Numbered from the stretch's first letter, positions 1-9,678 are shown. The stretch is DNA of 64,000 nt from Rhodocyclaceae bacterium (GCA_034004685.1 JAVEWG010000016.1:383-64382); one strand, 5' to 3'. Translations and numbers: made by a program. The notes: generated by a model not told the origin, from the letters alone.

Positions 1-17
1 TCCCCCCGCGCCAGGCC

Positions 18-2249
18 TCACGCCCTGGAGCTGGGCAGCCCCAGGCCCTGTTCGGCGATCAGGCTGCGCTGCACCTCGCTGGTGCCGCCGTATATGGTCA
101 TCCCCACCGACTGACGATAGCCCAGCTCAATCTGGCCCACCTCCGGGTTGTCGCTGAACACGCTGAAGGGGGCGCACAAGTCCATCAATTCGGCGGTGTC
201 CTGCACATAGCTTTCGGTGGTGAAAACCTTGGCCATCGGACCATAGGCCGCCCGCCCCGGCACCTGGCCAGCCACCGCCCAGAGGGCCCGATGGCACAGC
301 TGCTCCGCCACCTTGGCCCGCACCACCATGGGGGCCAGCCGCCGACGCACCGCCGCCTGATCGATGAGGGGCCGGCCTGCCCGCTGCTGGCGCCGGGCCC
401 AGGCCACCGCCTGCTCCACCATGTGAGCGTAGCTCACCCGGTACTGCTCGCCACCGTGCTCCAGCTCCAGGGTAGCGGCCATCACTGCCAGGCCGCCATG
501 AACCTCTCCTACCCGATAGCGGTCATGGACCCGCACCTCGCTGAGGAAGGTGACGTTGGTGCGTTCGTCCTGCACGGTGTGGATGGCTTGCAACTCGATG
601 CCCGGCAGATCCATGGGCACCAGGAACAGGGACAGACCCTTATGCTTGGGGGCCTGGGGATCGGTACGGACTAGCAGGAAGATGTAATCGGCCACGTTGG
701 CGGCGGTGGTGAAGATCTTCTGGCCGTCGATGATCCAGTGGTCTGCGTCCCGCACCCCCCGGGTCCGGGCGGCGAACACGTCACAGCCGCTGGCGGGCTC
801 GCTGAAGCCCATGCAGGCCAGGGCCTCGCCCCGGGCAAAGCGGGGCAGGATCTCCTGCCGGGCCTCCGGGGTGCCAAAGCGCATCAGGATCTGGGCCACC
901 TGGTTGGTGATGGGGGCGGTGATCCGCTGCCAGCCGTATTCCTCCAGCACCTCACCCAAGGCGGCCATGTCGAAGGCGGTCTTGCCCCGCCCGCCCCAGG
1001 CCTCGGGCCAGTGGGGAAACAGCAGGCCGGCCTGGGCCATCCGGCGGGCAAAGCCGGGATGGTGGCCATCCGCCGAATGGTGGGCGTGGGCCCGCAGCTC
1101 GGGGGTGAGATGGGTACGGAAAAACGCCCGCACTTCATCGGCGAAGGCCTCGGCCTGGGGCCCCACCCCGAAGACCAGGGGCATCTCCCCCGCCTCCGGC
1201 AGCGCCACCTCCGGCGCCCCCCACAGCCGCTCCCCCAGCCGGTCCAGCTCCCCCTGGGCATCCCCCAGGGGCAAGACCCAAGCCTTGGCGCGGCGGTAGT
1301 AGAGCTGGATGTCGTACTCCAGGGACACCCCGTAGCCTCCGAAGGTATGCAAGGCACGGGTAGCGGCGCGGGTGGCCGACCCGGCGGTCCACCACCAGGC
1401 CATGGAGATGGCCGCCGCCCCTTCGGCAGGCCGGTGGGCCAGGGCCCAAACCGCCCGCCAGACCAGCAGGCGCGCGCCGTCGATTTCGGCCAGGGCGTCC
1501 GCCAGGGGGTGAGCGATGCCCTGGAAGCTGCCGATGGACTTGCCGAACTGCTGCCGCTCGCCGGCATAGGCGGCGGCCAGGGCCAGGGCCTGGCGGCTCA
1601 AGCCCACCAGCAAGGCGGCATTGAGGAGTTTCCATTCCTCCACCGCGGCCTCGAAGGCTCGCCGGGCAGCGGGCCCTTCGGCCAGCACCAGGGCGGCTTC
1701 CGGCCGGCCCTGGGCATCCACGCTCCTGGGTTGGGAGAGGGCCGCCGCCCCCAGGCTATCCCGGGCCTGATGCGCGGACCCAGGCAGCAGCAAGACCTGC
1801 TCACCCCACAACAGCAAGGCAGCCTCGGCCGCCCCACCGCCGGGGATCACCGCCGGCATGCCGGCCTCCAGGGGCGCCGGGGCCAGCACCACCAGGGCCC
1901 CCTCGGCCACCCGCCCACGCCACGCCTGGGCCAACCCCCCCGCCAGATCGGCTAGGCGGCACAGCAGCCCGCTGGCCGCCAGGGCCTCTGCCAAGGGCAC
2001 GGCGGCCAGATGGCGACCCGCCGCCTCGGCCACCAGGACCGCCTCGAACAGGCCCAGCCCCAGCCCGCCGGCGGATTCCGGCATGCGCAGGCCATGCATG
2101 CCGAGCTGGCGGACCTGGGCCCACAAGGCCGGGTCGAAGCCGCCCCCCCGCTCCGCCCCACGGACCCGCAAAGGGGTGGATTCGGCAGCGAACAAGCGTT
2201 CGGCGGCATCGCTGAGCATGCGCTGGGCTTCAGTCAGGGTCAGATTCAT
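18..2249 (-). CDS. acyl-CoA dehydrogenase family protein with two tandem ACAD-like modules in one chain
   Basis: Longest ORF is 18..2306; start placed at ATG 2249 (MNLTLTEAQRML...). N-module ends ...FGGYGVSLEYDIQLYYRRAK. C-module has GFSEPASGCDV, WIIDGQKIFTT and ...MTIYGGTSEVQRSLIAEQ, all ACAD-type motifs. Third-position GC is high. Confidence 0.8.
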   Translation of the reverse strand: MNLTLTEAQRMLSDAAERLFAAESTPLRVRGAERGGGFDPALWAQVRQLGMHGLRMPESAGGLGLGLFEAVLVAEAAGRHLAAVPLAEALAASGLLCRLADLAGGLAQAWRGRVAEGALVVLAPAPLEAGMPAVIPGGGAAEAALLLWGEQVLLLPGSAHQARDSLGAAALSQPRSVDAQGRPEAALVLAEGPAARRAFEAAVEEWKLLNAALLVGLSRQALALAAAYAGERQQFGKSIGSFQGIAHPLADALAEIDGARLLVWRAVWALAHRPAEGAAAISMAWWWTAGSATRAATRALHTFGGYGVSLEYDIQLYYRRAKAWVLPLGDAQGELDRLGERLWGAPEVALPEAGEMPLVFGVGPQAEAFADEVRAFFRTHLTPELRAHAHHSADGHHPGFARRMAQAGLLFPHWPEAWGGRGKTAFDMAALGEVLEEYGWQRITAPITNQVAQILMRFGTPEARQEILPRFARGEALACMGFSEPASGCDVFAARTRGVRDADHWIIDGQKIFTTAANVADYIFLLVRTDPQAPKHKGLSLFLVPMDLPGIELQAIHTVQDERTNVTFLSEVRVHDRYRVGEVHGGLAVMAATLELEHGGEQYRVSYAHMVEQAVAWARRQQRAGRPLIDQAAVRRRLAPMVVRAKVAEQLCHRALWAVAGQVPGRAAYGPMAKVFTTESYVQDTAELMDLCAPFSVFSDNPEVGQIELGYRQSVGMTIYGGTSEVQRSLIAEQGLGLPSSRA

Positions 2250-2472
2250 GGGTTGTTCTCGGAATGGCCGCAGGGATGGCGATCCAGGGACGCCGGTCGG
2301 CGTCATCCATGCAGCGCACTGTGCATAATTTTCAGGGCGAGGGGCAAGTCAGCCGCCACGGAGCGGGCCCGACGTCGGGAAGCCGGTCCGTCTGCCGATG
2401 CCCCCTGGCTTGCCCGACCGGCCAGGCTTTGCCCGGGAACGCCACTCCGAGGGAAGCCGGACCGAGCCTCGG

Positions 2473-4575
2473 TCAGCTGGCCCCCACCATGCCGCTGACC
2501 CGGATCAGCCGGTTTTCCGGCACTTCCGAATTGGCGATGACCTTCAGGCTGGGCACCGAGCGGCGCAGGAAGCGGGACAGCAACCAGCGCAACGGCGCCG
2601 GCACCAGCAGTACCGGGGGCAGACCGATGTCCTCCTGGCGCTGGGCCAGCTCGGCGGTACGGCGCAGCAGGCTGTCCGCCAGGCCCGGCTCGATGGCGCC
2701 CCCATCGCCGCCGCCGGAGGCCACCGCCTGCATCAGGATGCGCTCCAGGGCCGGATCCAGGGCCAGCACCTGGACCTCCGCGGCGCCGGGGAACAGGGCA
2801 TGGATGATGGCCCGGCCCAGGCCCTGGCGTACCCGGGTGGTGAGTTCCAGGGGGTCCTGGATCCGGGCGGCGTTCTCCGCCAGCACCTCGATGATGGAGC
2901 GCATGTCCCGAATACTGACCCCCTCCTCCAGGAGGTTCTGGAGCACCCGCTGGACGGTGGCCAGGGAAAGCTGCTTGGGCACCAGGTCTTCCACCAGCTT
3001 GGGGGATTCCTTGCCGATGTGGTCCAGCAGGGCCTGGGTTTCCTGGCGGCCCAAGAGATCGGCGGCGTGGGACAGGATCAGGTGGTTGATGTGAGTGGCC
3101 ACCACGGTGCTGGCATCCACCACCGTGTAGCCCAGGGCGTGGGCCTGCTCCCGCTGGCCGACGTCGATCCACACCGCCGGCAGGCCGAAGGCTGGGTCCT
3201 TGGTCTCCCGGCCGGAGAGCTTGCCGCTCACCCGGCCCGGATTGATGGCCAGGTACTGACCCGGATAGGCCTCGCCGGCCCCCACCTCCACCCCCTTGAG
3301 GGCAATCCGGTAGGCGTTGGGCTTCAATTCCAAGTTGTCCCGGATGTGCACCGGGGCGGCCAGGAAGCCCACGTCCTGGGCGAATTTCTTGCGTAGGCCA
3401 CGGATGCGCTTCAGGAGTTCTCCATCCTGGCCCTTATCCACCATGGGAATCAGGCGGTAACCCACCTCCAGGCCCAGCACGTCCACCGGGGTAACATCGG
3501 CCCAGCTGGCTTCCTGGGATTCCACCTGGGACTGGGCACTGGCCACGGCGGTCTTTTCCTCGGGCCGCATTTCCTGGGCAGCCAGTTCCGCCACCTTCTT
3601 GCGGCGCTTCCAGGCGATGGCCGCCAGCCCTGAGGCCAGCAGGAGGAAGACCAGATTGGGCATGCCCGGGATCAGGCCCAGCACCCCCAGTATGGCGGCG
3701 GTGACCATCAGCACCTGGGGATTGGAGAAGAGCTGGCTGGCCATCTGGCCGCCGATGTCGCCCTCGTCGCCAACCCGGGACACCACCATGCCCGCCGCCA
3801 CGGAGATGATCAGGGCCGGAATCTGGGCCACCAGGCCGTCGCCGATGGTGAGCAGGGTGTAGTCGTTGGCGGCCTGGGCCAGGCCCATGTCGTGCTGCAT
3901 CACCCCCACCACCAGGCCCCCCACCACGTTGATGAGCATGATCAGGATGCCCGCCACCGCGTCGCCCCGCACGAACTTGGAGGCACCGTCCATGGCCCCG
4001 TAGAAATCCGCCTCGGAGGCGATCTCGGTGCGGCGGCGCTTGGCTTCCTTGTCGTCGATGAGGCCGGCGTTCATGTCGGCATCGATGGCCATCTGCTTGC
4101 CGGGCATGGCGTCCAGGGTGAAGCGGGCCGACACCTCGGCGATCCGCCCGGCGCCCTTGGTGATCACCACGAAGTTGATGACGGTGAGAATGATGAACAC
4201 CACCAGGCCCACCGCCGTGTTGCCCCCCACCAGAAAGTGGCCGAAGGCCTCGATCACCTTGCCCGCGGCGTCCGGCCCGGTATGGCCCTCCAGCAGCACG
4301 ATCCGGGTGGAGGCCACGTTCAGGGACAGACGCAGCAGGGTGGTCACCAGCAGCACCGTGGGAAACACCGAGAAATCCAGGGGCTTCCTGGTGTACATGG
4401 AGACCAGCATCACCATCACCGCCACGGCAATGTTGAAGGTGAAGAACACGTCCAGCAGGAAAGCCGGCAGGGGCAACACCATCATGCTCAGGATCATCAC
4501 GATCAGGAGCGGCGCGGCGAGCTGGCGCATGTTCTGGGGAGAGAACAGGGCGCGCAGGGTGAAGGTGTCGTTCAT
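2473..4575 (-). CDS. flhA: flagellar biosynthesis protein FlhA (export gate)
   Basis: 700-aa ORF with an N-terminal polytopic region (...SARFTLDAMPGKQMAIDADMNAGLIDDKEAKRRR...) and a large cytoplasmic C-domain typical of FHIPEP/FlhA. Lies 48 nt downstream of flhB. Confidence 0.95.
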   Translation of the reverse strand: MNDTFTLRALFSPQNMRQLAAPLLIVMILSMMVLPLPAFLLDVFFTFNIAVAVMVMLVSMYTRKPLDFSVFPTVLLVTTLLRLSLNVASTRIVLLEGHTGPDAAGKVIEAFGHFLVGGNTAVGLVVFIILTVINFVVITKGAGRIAEVSARFTLDAMPGKQMAIDADMNAGLIDDKEAKRRRTEIASEADFYGAMDGASKFVRGDAVAGILIMLINVVGGLVVGVMQHDMGLAQAANDYTLLTIGDGLVAQIPALIISVAAGMVVSRVGDEGDIGGQMASQLFSNPQVLMVTAAILGVLGLIPGMPNLVFLLLASGLAAIAWKRRKKVAELAAQEMRPEEKTAVASAQSQVESQEASWADVTPVDVLGLEVGYRLIPMVDKGQDGELLKRIRGLRKKFAQDVGFLAAPVHIRDNLELKPNAYRIALKGVEVGAGEAYPGQYLAINPGRVSGKLSGRETKDPAFGLPAVWIDVGQREQAHALGYTVVDASTVVATHINHLILSHAADLLGRQETQALLDHIGKESPKLVEDLVPKQLSLATVQRVLQNLLEEGVSIRDMRSIIEVLAENAARIQDPLELTTRVRQGLGRAIIHALFPGAAEVQVLALDPALERILMQAVASGGGDGGAIEPGLADSLLRRTAELAQRQEDIGLPPVLLVPAPLRWLLSRFLRRSVPSLKVIANSEVPENRLIRVSGMVGAS

Positions 4576-4623
4576 GGCGGGTTTCCTCGGGCTCTGGGAC
4601 AGGGCCCGGCGCGGTGGCGCTTA

Positions 4624-5781
4624 TCAAGTTGCAGGGGCGGCCTCGGACGGCGCGCCCGGGTCCAGATCCGGCGGCACTGGCAGATCCGCCGGGACCTGGG
4701 GCGGCAAGCCACCCTGGGCGATCCATTGGTTGAGCTGGAAGACGTAGGCCATCACCTCGGCCACGGCGGTGTACAGGGCGGCCGGAATGGATTGCTCCAA
4801 CTCGCAGTGGGCATACAGGGCGCGGGCCAGGGGCGGCGCCTCCAGGAGCGGCACGTTGTGCTCCTTGGCCAGTTCCCGGATCTTGCCGGCCAGCAGATCC
4901 ATCCCCTTGGCCACCACCACCGGCGCGCCCATCTTGGCCGGGTCGTACTTGAGGGCCACCGCGTAGTGGGTCGGGTTGGTGACCACCACGTCCGCCTTGG
5001 GCACCGCCGCCATCATCCGGCGCCGCGCCATCTCCCGCTGCATGGCCCGGACGCGGGCCTTGATCTGGGGATCGCCGTCCTGCTCCTTCATTTCCTGCTT
5101 GACCTCTTCCTTGGTCATCTTCAGCCGGGAGTGGTACTGCCAGAGCTGGAAGGGCACATCCATCAGGGCCAGCAACCCCAGGCCGGAAACGATCAGCAGG
5201 GCCGCCAGCAGCACCATGCCGGCAAAATCCGGCAGGCTGGTCTCGATGGGCTCCAGCATCAACTGGAAGATGTGCTCCCGCTCCCGCCAGATGGCCCAGG
5301 CGCCGATACCCCCCACCAAAGCCGATTTGAGGACGGCCTTCACCAGTTCGGCCAGGCCGTGCACCGAAAACATCCGCCCCAGGCCCTGGATGGGGTCCAG
5401 CCGGGTCAGATCCGGCCCCAGGGCCTTGGTGGAGAACACCAGCCCCCCCAACAGGATGGGCGAACCCACCGCCGCCACCAGCAACACCCCCATCAGGGGC
5501 AAGATGGTCAGCAATCCGTCCGAGGCCAACTTGACGAAGATGGTCAGCATGGCCACCGGATCGAAGGCCTGCTCCCGCCCGAAGGCCATGCCCTGGCGCA
5601 TCAGGCCGAACATCCGGCCCGACACCCATTCCCCCATCACCCAGAGCCCCGCCACGCCGCTCATCACCACCAAAAAGGTGGACAGCTCCCGGGACTGGGG
5701 AACCTGGCCCTCTTCCCGGGCCTGCTCCAGCCGTCGTGGTGAGGCTGATTCCGTGCGTTCGAGATCGCTATCTTCGGCCAA
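4624..5781 (-). CDS. flhB: flagellar biosynthesis protein FlhB
   Basis: Has ...EDSDLERTESASPRRLEQAREEGQVPQSRELS... and the NPTH autocleavage motif (VVVTNPTHYAVAL). Longest ORF starts at GTG 5829. I prefer TTG 5781 (product begins MAEDSDLERTE) because GGGAGAG lies 6 nt upstream. The start is uncertain. Confidence 0.88.
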   Translation of the reverse strand: MAEDSDLERTESASPRRLEQAREEGQVPQSRELSTFLVVMSGVAGLWVMGEWVSGRMFGLMRQGMAFGREQAFDPVAMLTIFVKLASDGLLTILPLMGVLLVAAVGSPILLGGLVFSTKALGPDLTRLDPIQGLGRMFSVHGLAELVKAVLKSALVGGIGAWAIWREREHIFQLMLEPIETSLPDFAGMVLLAALLIVSGLGLLALMDVPFQLWQYHSRLKMTKEEVKQEMKEQDGDPQIKARVRAMQREMARRRMMAAVPKADVVVTNPTHYAVALKYDPAKMGAPVVVAKGMDLLAGKIRELAKEHNVPLLEAPPLARALYAHCELEQSIPAALYTAVAEVMAYVFQLNQWIAQGGLPPQVPADLPVPPDLDPGAPSEAAPAT

Positions 5782-6025
5782 GGCCGACTCTCCCAGGGGG
5801 TAGATGGAATCCGGCGGGCCAAAAGCCACGGCCGGATTAGGTGATGGCGTGGATTATGGCGGGGGGGCGGCAATAATTGCCGGTGAAAAAAGGGGGGGAA
5901 TCCGGCCTAATTGCACTTCGCCCGGCATTCCCCTGGGTGCAGGCCAGGACCGGCGATTCCAGCTTGGCACGCCATCGTGATGCAAATATCATTGCAGCCA
6001 CCGCCAAGCACCTCCGCTGGAACCC

Positions 6026-6478
6026 ATGCCCGCTCCCCACGCCCTCGCCCCCCTGCTGCTGGCCCTGCTGCTGGCCTCCGGTCCTGGCCAGGCCGGCATC
6101 TACAAATGCCCGGCCCCCGGCGGCGGCCTCGCCTACCAGGACATCCCCTGCCCCACCGGCCAGGCGCTGCCCGAAGCGCCCCCCGCCGATCCGGCGGAAG
6201 CCGCCCGCACCCGCGCCCGGACCGCCAACGACATCCAGAATGCCCAAGCCCTGGAACGGCAGTGGGAAGACAAGCAACGCCGGGCGGCGGCGGATCACGC
6301 CCGGCGGGAGCAGGAACGCCTGGAAAAGGCCCGGCGCTGCAACGCCTATGAGGAGGAAGCCCGCCAGCTGGAGCGCCGCGGACGCAGCTGGACCCTGGAA
6401 CGCCACCGCCAGGCGGACGCGGCCGAGGCCCAGAGGCTGCGGGACCGGCATTTCTCGGAATGCTTCGCCAGCCGCTGA
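6026..6478 (+). CDS. DUF4124-like secreted protein
   Basis: Signal peptide (LLLALLLASGPGQA), then IYKCPAPGGGLAYQDIPC and an Arg/Glu/Ala-rich coiled tail, as in DUF4124 proteins. Confidence 0.6.
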   Translation: MPAPHALAPLLLALLLASGPGQAGIYKCPAPGGGLAYQDIPCPTGQALPEAPPADPAEAARTRARTANDIQNAQALERQWEDKQRRAAADHARREQERLEKARRCNAYEEEARQLERRGRSWTLERHRQADAAEAQRLRDRHFSECFASR

Positions 6479-6529
6479 GGCCCCGGATGGGGCAGGCGCC
6501 CGGCGGACAGCCCGGGCTTCAACCCAGGT

Positions 6530-8035
6530 TCAACCGCGCTCCCCTGCCAGGTGCAGCCCTTGTTCCCGGCGGGAGGGATAGGGAAACAGCATGTTGAGGG
6601 CCACCGTGCGGCCGTCGGCCTGGGCGATGCGCACGTGCTCCCGGCGAAATTCCCGGGCCTGCCGCAGGCCGCAGGAGTGGGCGATCATGTCGATTTCCTT
6701 GTTCATGTTGCGGCAGTAGTGGGCCACCCGCAGGTACTTCTCTTCCACCACCAGACCCCGCTGCAGGCGCGGATCGTGGCTGGTCACCCCGGCCGGACAG
6801 GTGTTGGTGTGGCAGCGCAGGGCCTGGATGCAGCCCAGGGAAAACATGAAACCCCGGGCGGTATTCACGAAATCCGCCCCGGCGGCCAGAGCCCAGGCGG
6901 CCCGGGCGGAAGTCACCAGCTTGCCGGCGGCCACCACCCGGATGCGCTCCCGCAGGCCATACTCCAGGAGGGTATCCACCACCCGGGGCAGGGCTTCGTC
7001 GATGGACAGGGCCATGTGGTCCGCCAGGGCCTGGGGCGCGGCGCCCGAGCCCCCCTCGCCCCCATCCACGGCGATGTAGTCCGGCGCGGCCTGCAAGCCC
7101 CGCAGGTGGATGGCCTCGCACAGTTCGGCGATGAAGTACCAGCCCCCCAGGGCGGTCTTGATCCCCACCGGCTTGCCGGTGATGGCCCGCACCCGCTCCA
7201 CCATGTCCAGGAGGGCCTTCATGTCGGGGATATCCAGATGGCGGTTGGGGCTCATGGAATCCTGGCCCGCCGCAATGCCCCGGATGGCGGCGATTTCCGG
7301 AGTCACCTTGGCCGCCAGCAGCACCCCGCCCTTACCCGGCTTGGCCCCCTGGGACAGCTTGATCTCGAAGGCCCGCACCTGTTCGATGGCGGCCAGCTCC
7401 CGCAGGCGGGATTCGGACAGATTGCCCTCCCCGTCCCGCACCCCGTACTTGGCCGTGCCGATCTGCATGATCACGTCGCAGCCGCCCGACAGGTGGTAGG
7501 GGGAAAGCCCCCCCTCCCCGGTATTGATCCAGCAGCCGGCCTCCGCCGCTCCCCGGGACAGGGCCTCCACCGCCGGCCGGGAGATGGCGCCGAAGCTCAT
7601 CCCGCTCACATTGACGATGGAGCGGGCGGCAAACGGCTTGTCGCAGTAACCCTCGCCGATCACCAGGGCCGGGGTGGGCTGCTGCTCCGACTCCAGGATC
7701 GGGAAGCCCGCATTGACGAACACCAGGGCGCCGGGCTGGTGCAGGTCGTAGGTGGAGCCAAAGCCCACGATGCCCCCCTCATTCTTGGCCAGGCGGTAGA
7801 TCCAGGCCCGGGTGGCGCGGTTGAAGGGCATTTCTTCCCGGTCCCCCAGGAAAAAGTACTGGCGGAAATACTCCCCCAGCTGCTCCAGGAAGTAGCGCAG
7901 GTGCCCCACCACCGGAAAATTGCGCAGGATGGCGTGCTTCTTCTGGGTGATGTCCCGCAAATACCAATAGATCAAGGCCACCACCAGCACCACCACGATC
8001 AGCACCCCGGCGCTGACTGAAACCACCGTCATCAT
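6530..8035 (-). CDS. FMN-binding glutamate synthase family protein (GltB domain-2-like, membrane anchored)
   Basis: Longest ORF runs to 8086; start placed at ATG 8035 (MMTVVSVSAGVLIVVV... TM anchor). Body carries motifs of this family: ...NVSGMSFGAIS..., ...KLSQGAKPGKGG..., ...DGGEGGSGAAP.... Confidence 0.85.
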   Translation of the reverse strand: MMTVVSVSAGVLIVVVLVVALIYWYLRDITQKKHAILRNFPVVGHLRYFLEQLGEYFRQYFFLGDREEMPFNRATRAWIYRLAKNEGGIVGFGSTYDLHQPGALVFVNAGFPILESEQQPTPALVIGEGYCDKPFAARSIVNVSGMSFGAISRPAVEALSRGAAEAGCWINTGEGGLSPYHLSGGCDVIMQIGTAKYGVRDGEGNLSESRLRELAAIEQVRAFEIKLSQGAKPGKGGVLLAAKVTPEIAAIRGIAAGQDSMSPNRHLDIPDMKALLDMVERVRAITGKPVGIKTALGGWYFIAELCEAIHLRGLQAAPDYIAVDGGEGGSGAAPQALADHMALSIDEALPRVVDTLLEYGLRERIRVVAAGKLVTSARAAWALAAGADFVNTARGFMFSLGCIQALRCHTNTCPAGVTSHDPRLQRGLVVEEKYLRVAHYCRNMNKEIDMIAHSCGLRQAREFRREHVRIAQADGRTVALNMLFPYPSRREQGLHLAGERG

Positions 8036-8105
8036 GCTTCGCCCCTCCCCTGGCCCGGCCGCCCCGGGTGATAGAATGGCTCCCATTTAATCCCGAAGCT
8101 CGCCC

Positions 8106-8954
8106 ATGATCCAGCTTGAACAGCTCCGCGTTGAAATTCAGCGTTCCGTGGCCACCGCCCTGGCCGAAGACATCGGCACCGGCGACCTCACCGCCCGCCT
8201 CATCCCCGCCGATGCCAATGCCCGGGGCCGGGTGATCACCCGGGAGGCCGCAGTGATCTGCGGCACCGCCTGGTTCGACGCCGCCTTCGCCGCCCTGGAC
8301 CCCGCCGCCACGGTGATCTGGCATGTGCACGATGGCGCCCAGGTGGCCCCCGGCGACACCCTGTGCGACGTGGTGGCCAGCGCCCGGGCACTCCTCACCG
8401 CCGAGCGCACCGCCCTGAACTTCCTCCAGCTCCTCTCCAGCGCAGCCACCGCGACCCGCCGCTTCGTGGATGCGGTAGCCGGCACCGGGGCCCGCATCGT
8501 GGATACCCGCAAGACCCTGCCCGGCCTGCGCCTGGCCCAGAAATACGCGGTCAAGGTGGGGGGCGGCACCAACCACCGGATCGGCCTCTACGACGGGGTG
8601 CTGATCAAGGAAAACCACATCATCGCCGCCGGCGGCATTCCCGCCGCCCTGGCCCAGGCCCGGGAGATCGCCCCTTCCAACGTGTTCATCCAGGTGGAAG
8701 TGGAATCCCTGGCGGAACTGGAAGAAGCCCTCCAGGCCGGCGCCAGGATGATCCTGCTGGACAACATGGAGCTGGAGCAGATGCGCCAGGCGGTGAGCCT
8801 CACCGCCGGCCGTGCCGAGCTGGAAGCTTCAGGCGGGGTGAGTCTGGAGCGGGTACGGGCCATCGCCGAAACCGGGGTGGACCGGATCTCCATCGGCAGC
8901 CTCACCAAGGACGTGCGGGCCATCGACCTTTCCCTGCGCCACGTGGAAGAGTGA
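8106..8954 (+). CDS. nadC: nicotinate-nucleotide diphosphorylase (quinolinate phosphoribosyltransferase)
   Basis: 282 aa with ...[22 protein letters not shown]...[41 protein letters not shown]..., the classic NadC core. Confidence 0.95.
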   Translation: MIQLEQLRVEIQRSVATALAEDIGTGDLTARLIPADANARGRVITREAAVICGTAWFDAAFAALDPAATVIWHVHDGAQVAPGDTLCDVVASARALLTAERTALNFLQLLSSAATATRRFVDAVAGTGARIVDTRKTLPGLRLAQKYAVKVGGGTNHRIGLYDGVLIKENHIIAAGGIPAALAQAREIAPSNVFIQVEVESLAELEEALQAGARMILLDNMELEQMRQAVSLTAGRAELEASGGVSLERVRAIAETGVDRISIGSLTKDVRAIDLSLRHVEE

Positions 8955-9032
8955 GCCCGCTTGCCGGCCCCGGCATGACGCGGTATAACCCCAGCACCCT
9001 GGCGGCCCTCGCCCGCCCTGGAGCCTGACCCT

Positions 9033-9170
9033 ATGCTCTTCGCCATTTACTACCTCGCCGCCTTGCTGATCCTGATGCTCCACTTCACCGGTTTCCTGGC
9101 CCGCCACAATATCGAGTGGCTGCTCTACGTGGTGGCGGTGACGGTGTTTCCGGCGGTGATCTACCTTTGA
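9033..9170 (+). CDS. small hydrophobic membrane protein (45 aa), below the ORF-track cutoff
   Basis: ATG 9033 to TGA 9168-9170: MLFAIYYLAALLILMLHFTGFLARHNIEWLLYVVAVTVFPAVIYL. Two predicted TM helices. 39 of 44 sense codons end in G/C (hand count), as in real genes here. A strong intrinsic terminator follows 25 nt later. Confidence 0.5.
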   Translation: MLFAIYYLAALLILMLHFTGFLARHNIEWLLYVVAVTVFPAVIYL

Positions 9171-9194
9171 ACCAGCCCGCCAGCCAGACCGAAG

Positions 9195-9222
9195 CGGACC
9201 CTGCGGGGTCCGTTTTGTTTTT
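9195..9222 (+). terminator. Rho-independent terminator
   Basis: Stem cggaccc (9195-9201) / gggtccg (9206-9212), loop tgcg, then ttttgttttt. Confidence 0.7.
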
Positions 9223-9285
9223 GCGGAACGCGCTCACCGCCCCCACCGGGCCCGGTGGGCCCCATGCCGCCACCCCAACAACCCC

Positions 9286-9540
9286 ATGCCCATCAGCCAC
9301 CTCCAGGTGAGTCTCTTCCTCCGCTACGACGGCGACCCCGACGGCCTCGCCCGCCACGGTTCGGCGGAGGAGCAGGGCCTGATGGCGGGGGGTGCCTGGG
9401 ATGAAATCGAGCAGCTCCGGCTGGAGCTGGCCAACCTGAAGGCCGGCCAGCGCTCCCCGGCGGCCAGGCAACGGGCGCTGACCCGGGCCGCGGCGGCCCT
9501 GGAAGAACCCGCCTTCGCCCTGCTCTGGCGCCACGCCTGA
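9286..9540 (+). CDS. hypothetical protein (84 aa)
   Basis: ORF with high third-position GC. Sequence MPISHLQVSLFLRYDGDPDGL...WDEIEQLRLELANLKAG.... No family recognised. Confidence 0.5.
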   Translation: MPISHLQVSLFLRYDGDPDGLARHGSAEEQGLMAGGAWDEIEQLRLELANLKAGQRSPAARQRALTRAAAALEEPAFALLWRHA

Positions 9541-9678
9541 GCACCCCGGCCGGTCACGCCACCCAGGCAAGCAGGGCTTTCTGGACGGCGAGCTCCCCGC
9601 ATGGAACCCGTCCAGCCCCTGAGGGATAATGCCCCCACAAGGACAACAACACCCTGTCCCCCAAGGAGCCAAACAGCC

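Noticed and set aside
3434-5629. A 731-aa ORF in an alternative frame across flhA/flhB, plus many similar long Gly/Pro/Arg/Ala-rich ORFs (e.g. 738..1955, 3892..5742, 9085..10386, 13649..15733, 19299..21020, 27021..28916, 28832..30775, 54043..55485, 59632..60969, 61090..62427).
   Set aside because: They overlap genes with unambiguous family motifs. They have the composition expected from off-frame or antisense translation of high-GC DNA (few stop codons). They contain no recognisable motif.
5965-5983. A TGGCAC element upstream of the DUF4124 gene, considered as a sigma54 -24 box.
   Set aside because: No GC dinucleotide lies at the required -12 spacing; the nearest TGC is 4 nt too far.
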